NCBI GenBank assembly: GCA_013115145.1
Contig: JAAPAO010000041.1
Span: 1-64,000, forward strand
From: Perkinsus chesapeaki ATCC PRA-425
Lineage: Eukaryota; Protista; Perkinsozoa
Reading direction: 5' to 3'
DNA: 64,000 nucleotides
Part shown: positions 1 through 12,235 of the stretch, one piece after another
Position numbering within the stretch: position 1 is the first letter of the stretch
How the letters are laid out: each line of letters begins with the position of its first letter
Made by a program: the position numbers and the translations under genes
Notes under the pieces: model-generated
Databases searched by the model: none
Seen by the model: only the letters and a program-made list of their open reading frames with translations
Told to the model about the DNA's origin: nothing

Positions 1-887
1 TTCTTATATCTTATTGCATGAGTTTAATTCAGTTACAGAGATATCTTACGAGCGTTACTTGGCGAGCGAGACAATGGATGCGCTCGACGGAGCGTAGTGA
101 ATCGCCATGAAATCAGTTGGGCATAATCCCTGCTCCAGACATGTCCATGGTGGTTGTGAGGTATTTCAAGGAACATGACAGATTTGCAATGCACTTCGGA
201 GGTCGACAATGGTTGCATGCTTGGAGAGATCGCACATGATGTTAGATGTTCATGCTATTAGACTGCAATGCGCCAATGTGTCTTGTGTTAAGCTTTGTGT
301 GTCAGCTGAAGCAGGGTACGGAGGCCTCTATCGTGTCGCTGGAAAAAGTGATACGCCCCTGAGTAGCACGCGCCTAAATCCCATAGTCCACTCACCGGCT
401 GCGGCGAACAACGTAAATTCACAAGTGAGGGCGTGGGAGTGGAATCACCTGCCCCCCTTTTACTCCCCTTTCCACTGTGGTGGCTGCGGTGACCGCAAAC
501 AGTCTGTGTATGAAGGCCAGAGGCGCGAGAGCGGTGTTCGGGTGAAGCTCGTTTTCACACAGAGGCTCGATGAAGAGCGTGAATTTGTTACATCGAAATA
601 GGCCAGAGCGGGCATTTGCCCAGACGTCGGAATGAAAGATGACTGACACGACCCCTAGAGAGTTGGAGTTTGTCAACCGCACAGATCTTGAAAAGACGTT
701 GTGCGGAAGACTCCCGAGGAAACTGAGGACCAGACAACTGCTCTCTCCGGAGAGCACCGATCAGATCAGGGTCGCCTACGGTGATACTCTAGAGCAGTTT
801 TCTGTTAGCACGGGTGATAAATTGGAATATCTGTCTACAGGAATTGATCGCGTAGAGGTGTTGAACATGATAGACTTGATGATGTGA
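1..887 (+). CDS. 3' part of an unidentified intron-containing gene (partial)
   Basis: Protein-like open stretches at 209-601 and 639-887 with GT..AG segments between them; no recognisable motif. Confidence 0.3.
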
Positions 888-1571
888 GGTTGAACCCTTA
901 TCAAAAGCATGGAAGTGTGAATGTTAGATGTGACATGAGTTGCAAAAGATGTAGAGTTTAAGTGTCCAGTTAGTCGCTATATAACGAATGGCATCGAAAA
1001 AGCTGTATACTCCGTAGCCTTGCATGTTTAGGCGTATATCGACCAGGTTGTGGAAGCTCTGTTAGTTCCCATTTCTTTTTATAGTTAATGGCAGGGCCTC
1101 ACAAGAACTCTCAGACTGAATATCAATGTTACAGAAGATTATGCAGCAGGTTTTACGCTCACAATTCAGGACCATTCCTCAGCTACTGAGAGTCGACAAG
1201 ATTCGGTGGATGATAGAGTCTCACGGAGGTACTCATCATTAGGTGAAGAAATTTTGAACGTGCATGAAGCTTTCACATACAGTGTGTGATATACTGCGAA
1301 TAATCACAATGTTTTGACGGTCTTGGCTTACACTTTCAGACGGGGAGAAGGAAGCATCTTCATCATTGGGAGACATTCTTGCCAGCTTGCAATACTTACA
1401 CGATCAATTTCCGTCTCCCGCTCGAGGATACTTCCCGGCCACGAAATGTACCTCTAACGCACTTTTCTTCATCGCCAACTGACGAACGGCAGTCAGTGAG
1501 AGAAATCACTACACCTGGCATTTGACCCTGTGTACTGTCAGGGTTTTGAGGCTCATCATTCAGCGCATATA

Positions 1572-2237
1572 ATGAGATTGTACAGCTTCACTGCGGCGGC
1601 GGCAACTGTCCTGATTTTCGACCACGTTAAGTGCCTTGCGTCGTCGTTACTGAGAGAACGCGTAGTGAAAGGCGTGTTGTCTAAGTTAAACGGTACGGTT
1701 GATAACTTCCGCGATAAGAAAATGCAACCTGAGAGAAGAATGAATGAGGGCATTAATATCGATATCTTGCCTTCTCTAGAGAAGATTGTAGGCCTGTACC
1801 TCCCCGAGGAAAACCCATTGAAGGAACACAGCGAAGAAAGTTTGTATCTGGCTTTTTCAAAAAGAGACTACGGGCACAAGATGAAGCTAGGGTTCATAAC
1901 GAAAACAGGCCCCGGGGAAAGATACAAGAAGGCCACCAACATTGATGGATATGGTAGTCCGTGGTTCAACGTTACACTCAACAGGTACACGGGATATCTC
2001 CAGCTAGATCAAGCCAGCCTGAGCGAATCACAAAGGGATGACTTTAAAAAGTTCCTCGAGAGGCTGACGGCTTTTCTGGAGGTTGACGAGAAGGCTAAGC
2101 TGGAGGATATCATAACGCTAGAAGTACAAGAAGATAATATTAAGATGAGCGTCGTCAGTAGTACTGGTGACAAAGAAAGGAAAGCGGTGCTGTTTACCAA
2201 AGCTAATAAACGTCAATCGGTAGAGATAACGGTGTAA
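1572..2237 (+). CDS. Intronless hypothetical protein with predicted N-terminal signal peptide
   Basis: Uninterrupted ORF from ATG 1572 (MRLYSFTAAAATVLIFDHVKCLAS: hydrophobic Ala-rich N-terminus) to TAA at 2235-2237; hydrophilic, Lys/Glu-rich body; no family recognised. Confidence 0.6.
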   Translation: MRLYSFTAAAATVLIFDHVKCLASSLLRERVVKGVLSKLNGTVDNFRDKKMQPERRMNEGINIDILPSLEKIVGLYLPEENPLKEHSEESLYLAFSKRDYGHKMKLGFITKTGPGERYKKATNIDGYGSPWFNVTLNRYTGYLQLDQASLSESQRDDFKKFLERLTAFLEVDEKAKLEDIITLEVQEDNIKMSVVSSTGDKERKAVLFTKANKRQSVEITV

Positions 2238-2409
2238 GCTTGCAGAAGAGTCACAGGCAAAGTGGCGACTAAAAGTCTGATAGATAATGAGTGATGATGT
2301 TAGATGTTATTAAACTTGCTCAGTGATGTTGCGTTGAAGTTCCCTGAATGGGCACGAACCTGGTAATGAAGAATTGTGAGGCATCTTATCCCAACCCATA
2401 ATGGGCGTT

Positions 2410-2536
2410 CTAGTCTTACAGCAATATAAAGCAACTCTCAAAAAGTCCAGCTAGTCTTACAGCAATATAATTGCAACTCTCAAAAAGTCCAGCCTAGTCT
2501 TACAGCAATATAAAGCAACTCTCAAAAAGTCCAGCT
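2410..2536. repeat. Tandem repeat, 3 copies of a 41-42 bp unit
   Basis: ctagtcttacagcaatataaagcaactctcaaaaagtccag at 2410-2450, 2451-2492 (variant) and 2494-2534. Confidence 0.95.
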
Positions 2537-5500
2537 CGACGGAACGGCGCTACTTCTGGAGGCTATACACCCCACTGACATGAAATGCATAATACATGTC
2601 GATTCGATGTAGTTACATGGAAACTGGAAACATCGAACTAGAAATATATGAAATTTCATAAACACACTGTAGACTGAAAGCAGCCTCCCTGGTAACAGCG
2701 AGAGCGATCGGTAAGGGACACGCAATGGAAATAAAAACGAACCAATCTTCATCATCGTCATGGTCGAAATCAAAGTCGTCACAATCTGAACAACCGTACA
2801 ACCGAGTTCAACGTAATCGAGATGAACCCTTCAGAGTCAGCAACGAGCTTGAAGCCTCAGCTCCCACAGAGATTCTTTCTTACTGTTGGATGCATGTAGC
2901 ACCACTACAAACTCAAAGGGCATTTTTAACAGAAACATGGTAGCTCAGCACAGCGGGAAAGGAAAGTCATTTTCCCTTAATAATTTGTCGATATGCCAAA
3001 GTAAGCCTCTCCCGCATGTTCTGATCTATGTGTGGCCCCGGCCCCGCTCTGTGCATCTCAACATGCTTCACCAACTGACACCAGTATCACCACTATTACC
3101 ACCTTTCTCGTTTTATGGATCTCGACTACCTGAAGACTCCTGTACCAGCCCAGCCCAGAGTTCCTCTTCACTTCCATTCTGAACTGTTTCTTAACATCTA
3201 GCAGCATGCCCTGTTGCTCCTCTAGCCTTCTTTGGGCCACACCTGCACGTCTGGCTTCGATACGCGCTTGTCGTGACGCTTTCTGAATAAAACACAAACA
3301 ACTGGCTCCTCGTCTAGGATCAGCTTGACGAGGAGCAGGAAGCCTCCTTATGAGTGCCAATATGAAAGTGGCCTTATACCTTCCCTCATGTCGACACTTC
3401 GGTTGAACCCGTATAGACGGTTGGTTCAGTGGTTATGCTGGACCGGCTTTCAGCGGACTTATTATTCATCTCTATGGTTAAGTTATTCCTATGGAGCATC
3501 CCCTATAGCTCTCCCGCTACATACACATTGGACTACTAACAAGAGAGAATATAATGATCCAATTCGATGAGCTGCTGCGAGTCCCAGGTACTTATACGGC
3601 TCTACGTATAGCAAATGAGACAGTTATTAGAGCCATACGCCATGACTATCCCCCGAACAGTGTCCAGTATGTACGTGGGAAGTTTGTACCCCATCCCCCC
3701 AGCAAAAGACTTTACGATTTTCCTTTCATAGGGCCCACTTGGTCACATTCCATATACCAAGAGAGCCTGTATGCTCTACTACCTTCCGTGTCCCAAACAC
3801 TCTAATAGGCTTGACCTTGAAGTACGACGCCGCTGTTCTTATCGATCCCACTGATGCCCACAACAGCCCTTGTGGTATACCAGGATTGCAGCAGCTATGG
3901 CCGAGTATGCCAAAATACATTAAAACAAACTCTATGCACAGGGAGCTCTCCCTGCGAGGGTTGTAAAGGCCCAGCGGCTTAAGCCCCCCATCCGAGGCTA
4001 ATTTATAACTAGGCAACACAATAGAACAGCAGGATATCACGTCAACAAGAGTCTGATGAACTATCCACATGACATGAACTATCCTTCTAGTCACCAGCAG
4101 CATGAGCGACCAAGTCCACTAAGCTTCAGGAAGTGTATCGGTATCATTAACATCATACCATTTATGGAAGTGCCAGCCACCATAGTATCTGAAAGCCGCG
4201 TCTTGAACTAAGATAAGGGAGTGACAGCAACTTACTTGACCATCATGATCATGACACTAATGTAGCAGATGAAGGATACGAGGAGGTAGATGGCAGAAGC
4301 CAGAAGGAGCCACTGGGCGACAGCGTACCAACGAGACCCATATTCACGGAAGAAGTCGGTGAAGCCTGAAATGATGATCAATCAACCACAAGTGAGATAT
4401 CAGTCTCCTACTCTGAAGGCATCCACATAAGACTGCTGTAGGCTGTACTGCTGTGAGGCCGAAGCCTAGGCTTTCAGTGGCGCACTGCTCACACTTGCCC
4501 GATGGAGGCTTCAATTTCCCTTGTAAGAGGCCGGCGCTTCCACACACTTCGTTGAGAGCATTCTCAACCATAGGAGCGTCCACCTGTCCTGTGGCGCCCG
4601 CCTTCATAGCAGAGGAGCATGCAATCTAAAGAGGCTCCATGAACGACAAGCTAACACACAAACACCTACGTCCTTTCCGAGGGACACCTCAGCAGAACAG
4701 GCAGCGTTGAGAGCGTTCCCAGTGCCGAGCTGGCAGCCAAACTCGCTCCACATGCAGTTGAACTCCTTAGCTGAAGCACCGGGGTTCTTGAGGGAGAAGG
4801 AGGGGTCAGCGTCCATGTAGTCGCTAAGCTGGGTTTGCTTATGAGTAACTAAGACGCAATGGTGAACCCTTCGAAAAGCGAAGGAGAGCTTCTTACGGAG
4901 CGAGTCCAGAGCGGTTCCTGTGCTGTACATGAAGAAGAAGGTAGCTGCTTGCGCCAAGAAGGATAGAAGGGCAAAGAATAAGAACAACGTTTTCCAAGTA
5001 TTGTAGCTTGAATTGATAGCCTTGGTGAAGAATCCTGAGCAGAGAAACTGACCACATGATTGGTGAACTAGACCTACCTAAAGACACTATCGCCAAACCA
5101 GTGGCTATCCAGGAGCATATCTGGACCAGGAGTATCCGAACGCTCTCCGAAGGGCCGAATTCCTGATGAACGCTGTGAATCGACTGTGTGGGTTGATTGG
5201 CGGTACCTTGAGCTCACTGGAGGAAGCGCCGGCCAGGGGGTGGGTAAGTGATAGGATAGCGCTCCATATGTCAACCGCAAGGCCGAAGAGCAATGCTGTC
5301 ACCTGATAAGGATGCCGATACCTCTCTCAAGAAGGGCCTTATACTGGTCGTTGGACAAAATAGTCGTCGCTCCCAGAGATAGATATTGTAATCAGGCATA
5401 AGATGGAGCTCCGATGCAGAGAGATAGGCGAGATAGAGTTCAGATATATGAGACAATGGTAACAGGTTAATTGAATATTAAGGATATGCAGTTGTAGTGT

Positions 5501-5570
5501 TCGAGCCACTCGAATGATCAAAGATATTTTCGAGGTCAAGTAGTAGGCATCTTACCATCATCCATCCCAC
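2522..5570 (-). CDS. Multi-exon, multi-pass membrane protein with Cys-rich loop (family not recognised)
   Basis: Minus-strand exon-like pieces encode TM-like segments (WKTLFLFFALLSFLAQAATFFFMY; YGSRWYAVAQWLLLASAIYLLVSFICYISVMIMMV; VELGCTVVQIVTTLISTMTMMKIGSFLF) and a Cys-rich segment (NCMWSEFGCQ..ACS..VCG..KCEQC). Exon structure not fully resolved. Confidence 0.5.
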
Positions 5571-6063
5571 CACTCCTTGAAGCCAACACCTACTGTGTAG
5601 GCCGGGGGTATCTACCAATTTCTGATTGGCTGAATCCATAATAGGAAAGAGGCCTAATGTAACCTAACGGATACAGATGATGATCGCCGATAACGAAATT
5701 CCGGGTAGTAAGGAAGGTACAAGGTAGCAAGATAGTATCTTGCGCTCTGTCGCGCGCCACGAAATTCCTGTCCGCGCTAACTGTGTCGCTTGAGCATCAT
5801 AATTCACTGCTAAGCTAGCGCAGCTTTACATCGGCAAATACTAGTCGTTTGCCACATGAGCAATAGTCAGTAGGATGGAGATGCGGGGTTTGAAAGTTGG
5901 TCGTTTGATGGCAAGGGAGGCCGGAGCTAGCCCGAACATCGTCGGTTTAGTAGTAGCTTTTACCCCAGCCCTGTTGTGTAAAGGAGGAAGCGTTCGTTAA
6001 TTGATGAACTAGTTAGTCGTAAAGCGTTTTAACTGTTGAACGTTCAGTTTTGGTATTATCAAT

Positions 6064-7371
6064 ATGATGGCATCCACCTTGGGTATGCGCTCGAGCCAGC
6101 TGGCTCCTATGGGCGTCAGATTCTTCTCCAGTCAGGCCCCCAAGCTCATCTTGACCCTTAACTGTGGTTCAAGCTCTATCAAGTATCAGCTTCTCGATAT
6201 GAACACCGAGGACTGCAAAGTAAAGGGTCTTATCGATTCCATTGGCACTGAGAACTGCAAGCTTCGTTTCGATGCCGAGAGCCCCAATGAGAGGGTAGAA
6301 AAGATCCCTAACATGTCTTATGAGGATGCTATGACCTCCGTCATTGAGGATATCACCTCCAAGCCCGAGGTTAAGGATTTGGGTATTACTGGTGTTGGTC
6401 ACCGTGTCGTGCACGGTGGTCCCAAGCTGACCCACCCCACCCTTGTGACTCCTGAGGTCCTTCAGGAGATCAAGAACTGCATTAAGCTAGCTCCTCTTCA
6501 TAACCCAGCTAATGCTGAAGGTATCGAGATCGCTTCCAAGATTCTCGGCCCTACGGTCCCTCATGTTGCTTGCTTTGATACCGCCTTCCACTCGACCATC
6601 CCCGAGTACGCCAGCATGTACGCCATTCCCTACGACATCTCCAAGAAGCTTGCTCTCAAGAAGTACGGTTTCCATGGCATTTCTCATCAGTACGTGTCGC
6701 TCAAGGCCGCTCAGCAGCTTCATCTCGATCCTTCTCGCTCCAGCTTTATCGTTGCCCATCTTGGCAGTGGTTGCAGTGCTACTGCTATCCATAACGGCAA
6801 GTCCGTCGATACTACAATGGGTTTCACACCTATGGATGGCCTTGTGATGGGTACCCGTGCCGGTAACCTTGACCCTGGTGTAGAGCAGTATCTTTGTGAG
6901 CAGCTCAACCTGTCCATTGAGGAGGTTACTAACATCCTTAACAAGCAGTCTGGTCTCTTGGGTGTCAGCGGTATCTCCAACGATATGCGCGTGCTTATCG
7001 AGACTTCCGAGGATGAATCTAAGGATCCCGCCGTTCGTAGCCGTGCCAAGTTGGCTATTGATATGTTCGTCTACCGTCTCTGCCGTTACATCGCTTCTTT
7101 AATGGTATCTGCTAGCTCTCGTTTGGATTCCTTGGTCTTCACTGGTGGCATTGGTGAGAACTCTGCCTACATCCGTTCTCGTGTGATGCAGTCTCTTAAG
7201 TTCATGAGGTTCTTCGAGAACCCCAAGTACAACGCCGCCAATGGTGCTAACACCAACGGTGTCATTACTGAGCTTGATAGCCCCACTCTCGGTATGGTGA
7301 TCCCCACTGATGAGGAGCTCCAGATCGCCAGGGAGACTATGCAGGTTCTTAAGGCCGTCTCCAAGAACTAA
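6064..7371 (+). CDS. ackA: Acetate kinase, intronless, with N-terminal mitochondrial-type presequence
   Basis: 435 aa ORF with acetate kinase motifs LNCGSSSIKY, GHRVVHGG, FDTAFH, YGFHGISH, HLGSG, GTRAG, FTGGIGENS, PTDEE; extra ~25 aa Ser/Arg-rich, acid-free N-terminus ending RFFSS. Confidence 0.97.
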   Translation: MMASTLGMRSSQLAPMGVRFFSSQAPKLILTLNCGSSSIKYQLLDMNTEDCKVKGLIDSIGTENCKLRFDAESPNERVEKIPNMSYEDAMTSVIEDITSKPEVKDLGITGVGHRVVHGGPKLTHPTLVTPEVLQEIKNCIKLAPLHNPANAEGIEIASKILGPTVPHVACFDTAFHSTIPEYASMYAIPYDISKKLALKKYGFHGISHQYVSLKAAQQLHLDPSRSSFIVAHLGSGCSATAIHNGKSVDTTMGFTPMDGLVMGTRAGNLDPGVEQYLCEQLNLSIEEVTNILNKQSGLLGVSGISNDMRVLIETSEDESKDPAVRSRAKLAIDMFVYRLCRYIASLMVSASSRLDSLVFTGGIGENSAYIRSRVMQSLKFMRFFENPKYNAANGANTNGVITELDSPTLGMVIPTDEELQIARETMQVLKAVSKN

Positions 7372-7670
7372 GCAGTCGATGAGATTCGGATTGTTTTGCT
7401 ATCTTTGGAATCTACACTTGAATAGGAATACCTACATAGATTGCTCTTATGGTGACTGCTGTACTGCCGCGTTGACGGCTTCCTAGTAATCATTAAAATT
7501 GCCTGTTATAAAGGCTGTCATCGTCCAGTGGTGATATGGCAGATTCACCGGCTTATAGCATTGTTATTGTGAGTGCAATCAGCTCCTACTGTTCAGTTTC
7601 ATAGTAGTGCCCATTTGTTGAGCTGTAGTAAATTCACAAGTTGTGTACTAGTTTGATTTTCGATGTTAGT

Positions 7671-10630
7671 ATGGCCTGGCCATTCCGCGGCAAGGACGCC
7701 CTTGACATGTTCAGTGATGGGGAATCGTCGGTTTGCTAGGAAGGGGAGATCAACCCGCGTATCTTAGGTTGAAGGGTGCATGGCGTAATTGTACGTTTTA
7801 GGGCTTCTCTGGTACAAGTATTGCGGGGATAGTACCGGAAGCTAGAGGTCCTAAATTTGCTGGTTTTCTGAAGCAAGTGGGAGTAGAGGAGTTCATACAG
7901 CCGTTAAGCATCGGTGGTGTGATGAAGGCTAGGGTAGCCAAACTCGGTCAATGCTGGAATTGTTAATTGCGTGTAGTTCGTTGATTGGGAGGTTAGAGAG
8001 GTCAGTCTGGACGGGCAAGTGGCCAGGCTACCGGAGGACGGCACAGTGGAGTTGTGGGAGACAGTTGAGGCTGCTGTAGTTCACAGGCAGACGGGGGTGA
8101 CGTCCGCGCCTGGGGATTATCAAACTCGTGAGGATGGGCGAGTTGATTATACTGAGGATTATCGACAAGCATATGAGGAGGGGTGATCAGTGGGGTGATG
8201 AATAAATGGTGTATAGGTATTGTAGGTACCAACTTGGCGGCAGAGCTGCTGAGTTTATCAGGGAAACGTGCGGCGAAGGTGCTGCAGAACAAATAGAGAA
8301 ATTCAATAATTCAGTTAGGAAAGTAAAACCGTGTTTGTTGTAGACGACACTTGGCTTAACTTGGAGCTACCCCTTCAGTTGGGAACGTCAGGGGAGAAGG
8401 ACTACCGACGACGGCTCTTCACATGGGCATTCGAAGCTGGTCCGGGAGGCATTGCAGTGGCGTACAAGATACGTGGGGCTCTTGCGGGAATGATGAAGGG
8501 GGTAGTTGAGGAAGGCTGGGAAATTAATGGTCAGACCCTCGGTTTAGTCACTTGCAGTGGTACCGTTGAAGCTGTTATCGGATAAGGTGATCTTCTATGG
8601 TGCGGTGGAGACTAAGAGAAATGATTTTCTGCTGTCCTGTATGGATGAGTTTGAGGCAGCCAGAGTGCTCTACTTCTTCGGTGCTGGGTAGTGTAGCCCA
8701 CAGCGCTATTAGGGTGGCAAGAATTGCAGGTATTCATCGGACACGATGCTAGTGCTGCTGAAGAAGTCATCAGGGAAAGGCCGACCGGTGGTGTCAAAGC
8801 TGACCAGACAATGCGGAGTGCATTTCCCAGACATGAGAATTGCTGTTTATCAAGAGGAGACTGAGTCGAGTGTAGTAGCAGCGGGGGATACTCAGATTCA
8901 TACGCGTTGGCTGCAGGGAGCGGTAGTGGAGCTTAGTTGGTCTAGGAAGTACTCTCCCGTGGGCCTGTATGGTGGCGGCCGATGGAGGTTTGTAATTGGC
9001 AAAAGCGGTTGGGACACAACTGCGATGCAGCGGACGATTGAGCGACGACTTGATCTCCCTAAGGACAGTATGCATGTTGCAGGGCTCAAGGACAAGTTCG
9101 GTGTCACATATCAGTAAAGTAGCATTGAGCTGCTTTGGGCGAGCATTCTTAGCAGGTTTGCTACGTTGCCAGCTACTCACACTGAGGGCGAGATTCAACG
9201 GGCAATAGAAGGCATCAATTCCTTGGTGAAAACCGGAGATGTTGCTTTGCGGGTCGGGGAGTTTAAAAAGACGGAGAACGGTCAGAACAGCGCGCAATTG
9301 CGGCACGGGATGCTATCTGGGTAGCGCCTTTAGCAAACTCTCACTGGCTTCCACGCCTTTGCAGGAACTGCTTCCGGTTGCGGATACGTGATGTGCGAGG
9401 GGAACGTGCAGTTGGGAAGGTCAGGCAGTCCAGTATGGGTGAGGTTGGTTTTATTAATTACTTTGGGCTGCAGAGGTTTGGTATCAATCCTCACCACGAC
9501 CATTCCAGACATACTAATGTAGTGTCCTCCTTGCCAACTGGAGAGATTGCGTGCTCCACAGGTAGACATTGGTGCTGCGCTGGTATCCGGGGACTACGAG
9601 CGTGCTGTGCGGCTTATATTGACACCCGCAACCAGCGATACAAGGGACGTTGCTGATGTGAGTGTCCCCGGGATGGTTGTCGTGTAATTCTGAGGTGAAG
9701 GTTCTGAGAGACTGGCACGAATCTGGACAGGCTTCAGTGGCTGCTGAGAGGCTGGGTAAGATACGCTCGCGTGAAAGGGACTTCGAAATGTAGCAAAAGC
9801 TGGTAATGGTTGTGGCAAAGGTTTCTCGCAGGTGGTCTAGAATGTTGAACCAAATCGCAGCGCAGCCGAACTCGGAGGGGTTTAGGAGATCCTTGAGAGC
9901 AGGTGTGCCGAGGGAATTATTGCAGATTCACCTGTTAGCATTTCAATCGTGCTTGTGGAATAGGATGGCATCGAAGTGAGTGGGGACAAGACGTTTCGTG
10001 GTAGGGTCACGTGCGGCAGGAGGTTCCGGGAAGGAGGGCTGAAGGTTCTACCGGGTGATGTTGTGTTGGACAGGCAAACAGGAGTACTGAGTATTGCTGG
10101 ATCGTCGACGGAACGGTAGCGCTGTTTAGAAGGGCGGACCACCCAGGGCCGTTTATTTGGTCGACTTAGGTATAGTGTAGAGGATGTCTTCATTCCAGCA
10201 TGGGGTAGTCAGTTAGGGGATAAGGACAAGCTGTTGAAGATAGGAATTAACACACGTTCATTGTAATTCTCCTCCTCAAAGGATGGATTTGATAGGTGTG
10301 TTAGCAGGTACCGAGAGTTATTGGAGGACTCAGTGTCCCGCGGTGAAGCATCGCCGAGGTTGCTAGAGGAAACTCTCGACCTGGACTTCTCTCGCAGTCT
10401 GGGGGTCCGCGCGCGCCTGCCTTGTATTCCGCGACGATTCCTGGCTAAGCCAGAGGGATTCCGGTGTTCTGAGGAAATCGAGGGAGATCAGCGAAATCTT
10501 ATACTCGAGGTACTAGAGGAATATGATTGACCGGAATGGCTGCTGCTTGTAGTTTTTTCTGCCACGGGGATCGTATGCGACGATGCTGCTGAGGGAAGTA
10601 ATGGAAGAAGGAAGTCTTCCTGGCTCATAG
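7671..10630 (+). CDS. PUS7: TruD/PUS7-family pseudouridine synthase (multi-exon)
   Basis: Exons encode VGVEEFI..GGVMKAR / DWEVREVSLDG, catalytic-motif region VAGLKDKFGVTYQ (~9077-9115), NCFRLRIRDV, GFINYFGLQRFG, and C-terminal FFLPRGSYATMLLREVM ending TAG 10628-10630. Start uncertain. Confidence 0.9.
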
Positions 10631-10710
10631 AGATACGCCTTTCATGCATGCTTGTTTCGGTCTATCGTTTCTACTCTAGGGCGTTCATTTGTTGAGCTCA
10701 AGTGACTAGT

Positions 10711-12141
10711 ATGAGGCTAATGGGGGCACTATGGCAAGGATTCATCGGAATCTGTTCATTAATGGTTGCTGAAGCAACATTCCTGACTCCTGCCACGGAT
10801 GCTTCGTCAACGGAAGGTGATAGTGGGGCAGCGGATACATTAGGAGAATGGACAATTAGGCAAGGAGGAGGAAGATAAGCCTCTCCAGTTGGATGAGGAC
10901 TCCCTACTGATGGCCTTTGGTTCGGAGGAAGCACATAGGACTGTGGTAGCATGCGCAGGATGCATTCAAGGAGTCTTAGTGCAATCTTAAACGTTCAGGA
11001 ATGGTGCAGGAAATACCACCCTCGCAGTGATATATTTGAATGTCGACTGGAAGACGGAGGAAAACTGAAGTGAGTCAATGCGGTGGAGCAACCGCTGAAT
11101 GAACCAGGTCGATGCGTATCTGGTAGGAACGAAGGGAATGATATGGTTAAGGAAGGAAAGTGGCGAGAGGCTGCGGAAAGATACCTTGCCGCACTGTAAG
11201 CAAACTCCGACTGCGGAGTTGCGACAGCTTTCATATTGAACAAGTGGGTTTTAGATACGAGGTAGATTTCTCTATTGGACAGCAATGGCAGCTCACCAAT
11301 GAGCATCAACACCTGTTGGATACCATCAAGCTCTCGGTAGGATGAAGATCGGTAGATCACCAGTCGATTTATAGAGCCGTTAGATACTCAACAACCTGTG
11401 CCTAGCATACCTTCATATTGGTATCCCGGATAAGGCTAGCAAGGCAGCTGATCTGGCATTGAAGAGTGTGGCAATTATAGATCGGATGGCCAAAGAAACT
11501 GAAGGCCTGAATTCGGTGTAAGTCTCCCGTCACCCATGTCGGTCACACAGTGGGGCGACCAGTGTGTGCTTACATACCGCAGTATCGGAATATCCTCTAA
11601 GATAGAATATATCATTTAGTGGCAGCATGGCATAGGTGGTATTTGGTTTAGGTCAAAGGAGACTAAAGGAAAAGTTTACTTTAGACGAGGGAGAGCACAA
11701 TTACTGCTCGGACAATACGATAGGGCATACGGAGATGCAAAAGAGGCTTATCAGGTAGCTAACGAGTTGCTCCTGGAGCTTCTTTGTGCTTATCTTTTTC
11801 CAGCTTTGCCCGTCAGACGCGGCGGTTCAGCGGTTAAAAGTTGAGGCACGTAGAAAAATGAAGGAAGAAGATGAAGTAAGCGAGCGGCCTCTGTGAGGAA
11901 TAGAGATAATGCTGTGATTCAGAAAGCGACTAGAGTTTGGAAGTCCAGTGCTAAGAAAATGTTTTCAAAGGACGACGAGCCTGCAAAGACAAGAGAGAGT
12001 AAGCCTTAACTCTACTTGCACTCCATATGAAACTGTCCAGGTCCGGTAGAAGATGATGAAGGTGAGATTAAGACCAAGTCTGAAGGTTGGATATCGTGGC
12101 TGATGCGATGCTCTTTGTGTCGAAGGAGAAAACGTGACTGA
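10711..12141 (+). CDS. TPR-repeat protein (FKBP4/5-type co-chaperone TPR domain)
   Basis: Exons encode RNEGNDMVKEGKWREAAERYLAAL, NNLCLAYLHIG, YFRRGRAQLLLGQYDRAYGDAKEAYQ, then a basic helical tail ending CRRRKRD* at 12139-12141. 5' end uncertain. Confidence 0.7.
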
Positions 12142-12235
12142 TAATGCTCTTCGGTTATGTATGCCGTGATAATCACGGCCGCTGATTTGTTCTGATATTC
12201 CACAACACTGTTTCGTGGTGTTTGTGAGCTTTGTC

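Noticed and set aside
1540-1560. Relic spliced-leader sequence upstream of the intronless ORF (ttttgaggctca)
   Set aside because: Only a short gapped match to the SL 3' end; no SL relic seen upstream of ackA or the Mei2-like gene either.
2290-2350. Box C/D snoRNA (GTGATGA ... CTGA)
   Set aside because: No terminal stem and no recognisable rRNA-complementary guide; such boxes arise often by chance.
6169-7364. Several minus-strand and alternative-frame ORFs inside ackA
   Set aside because: Expected by-product of strong codon bias; no recognisable protein.
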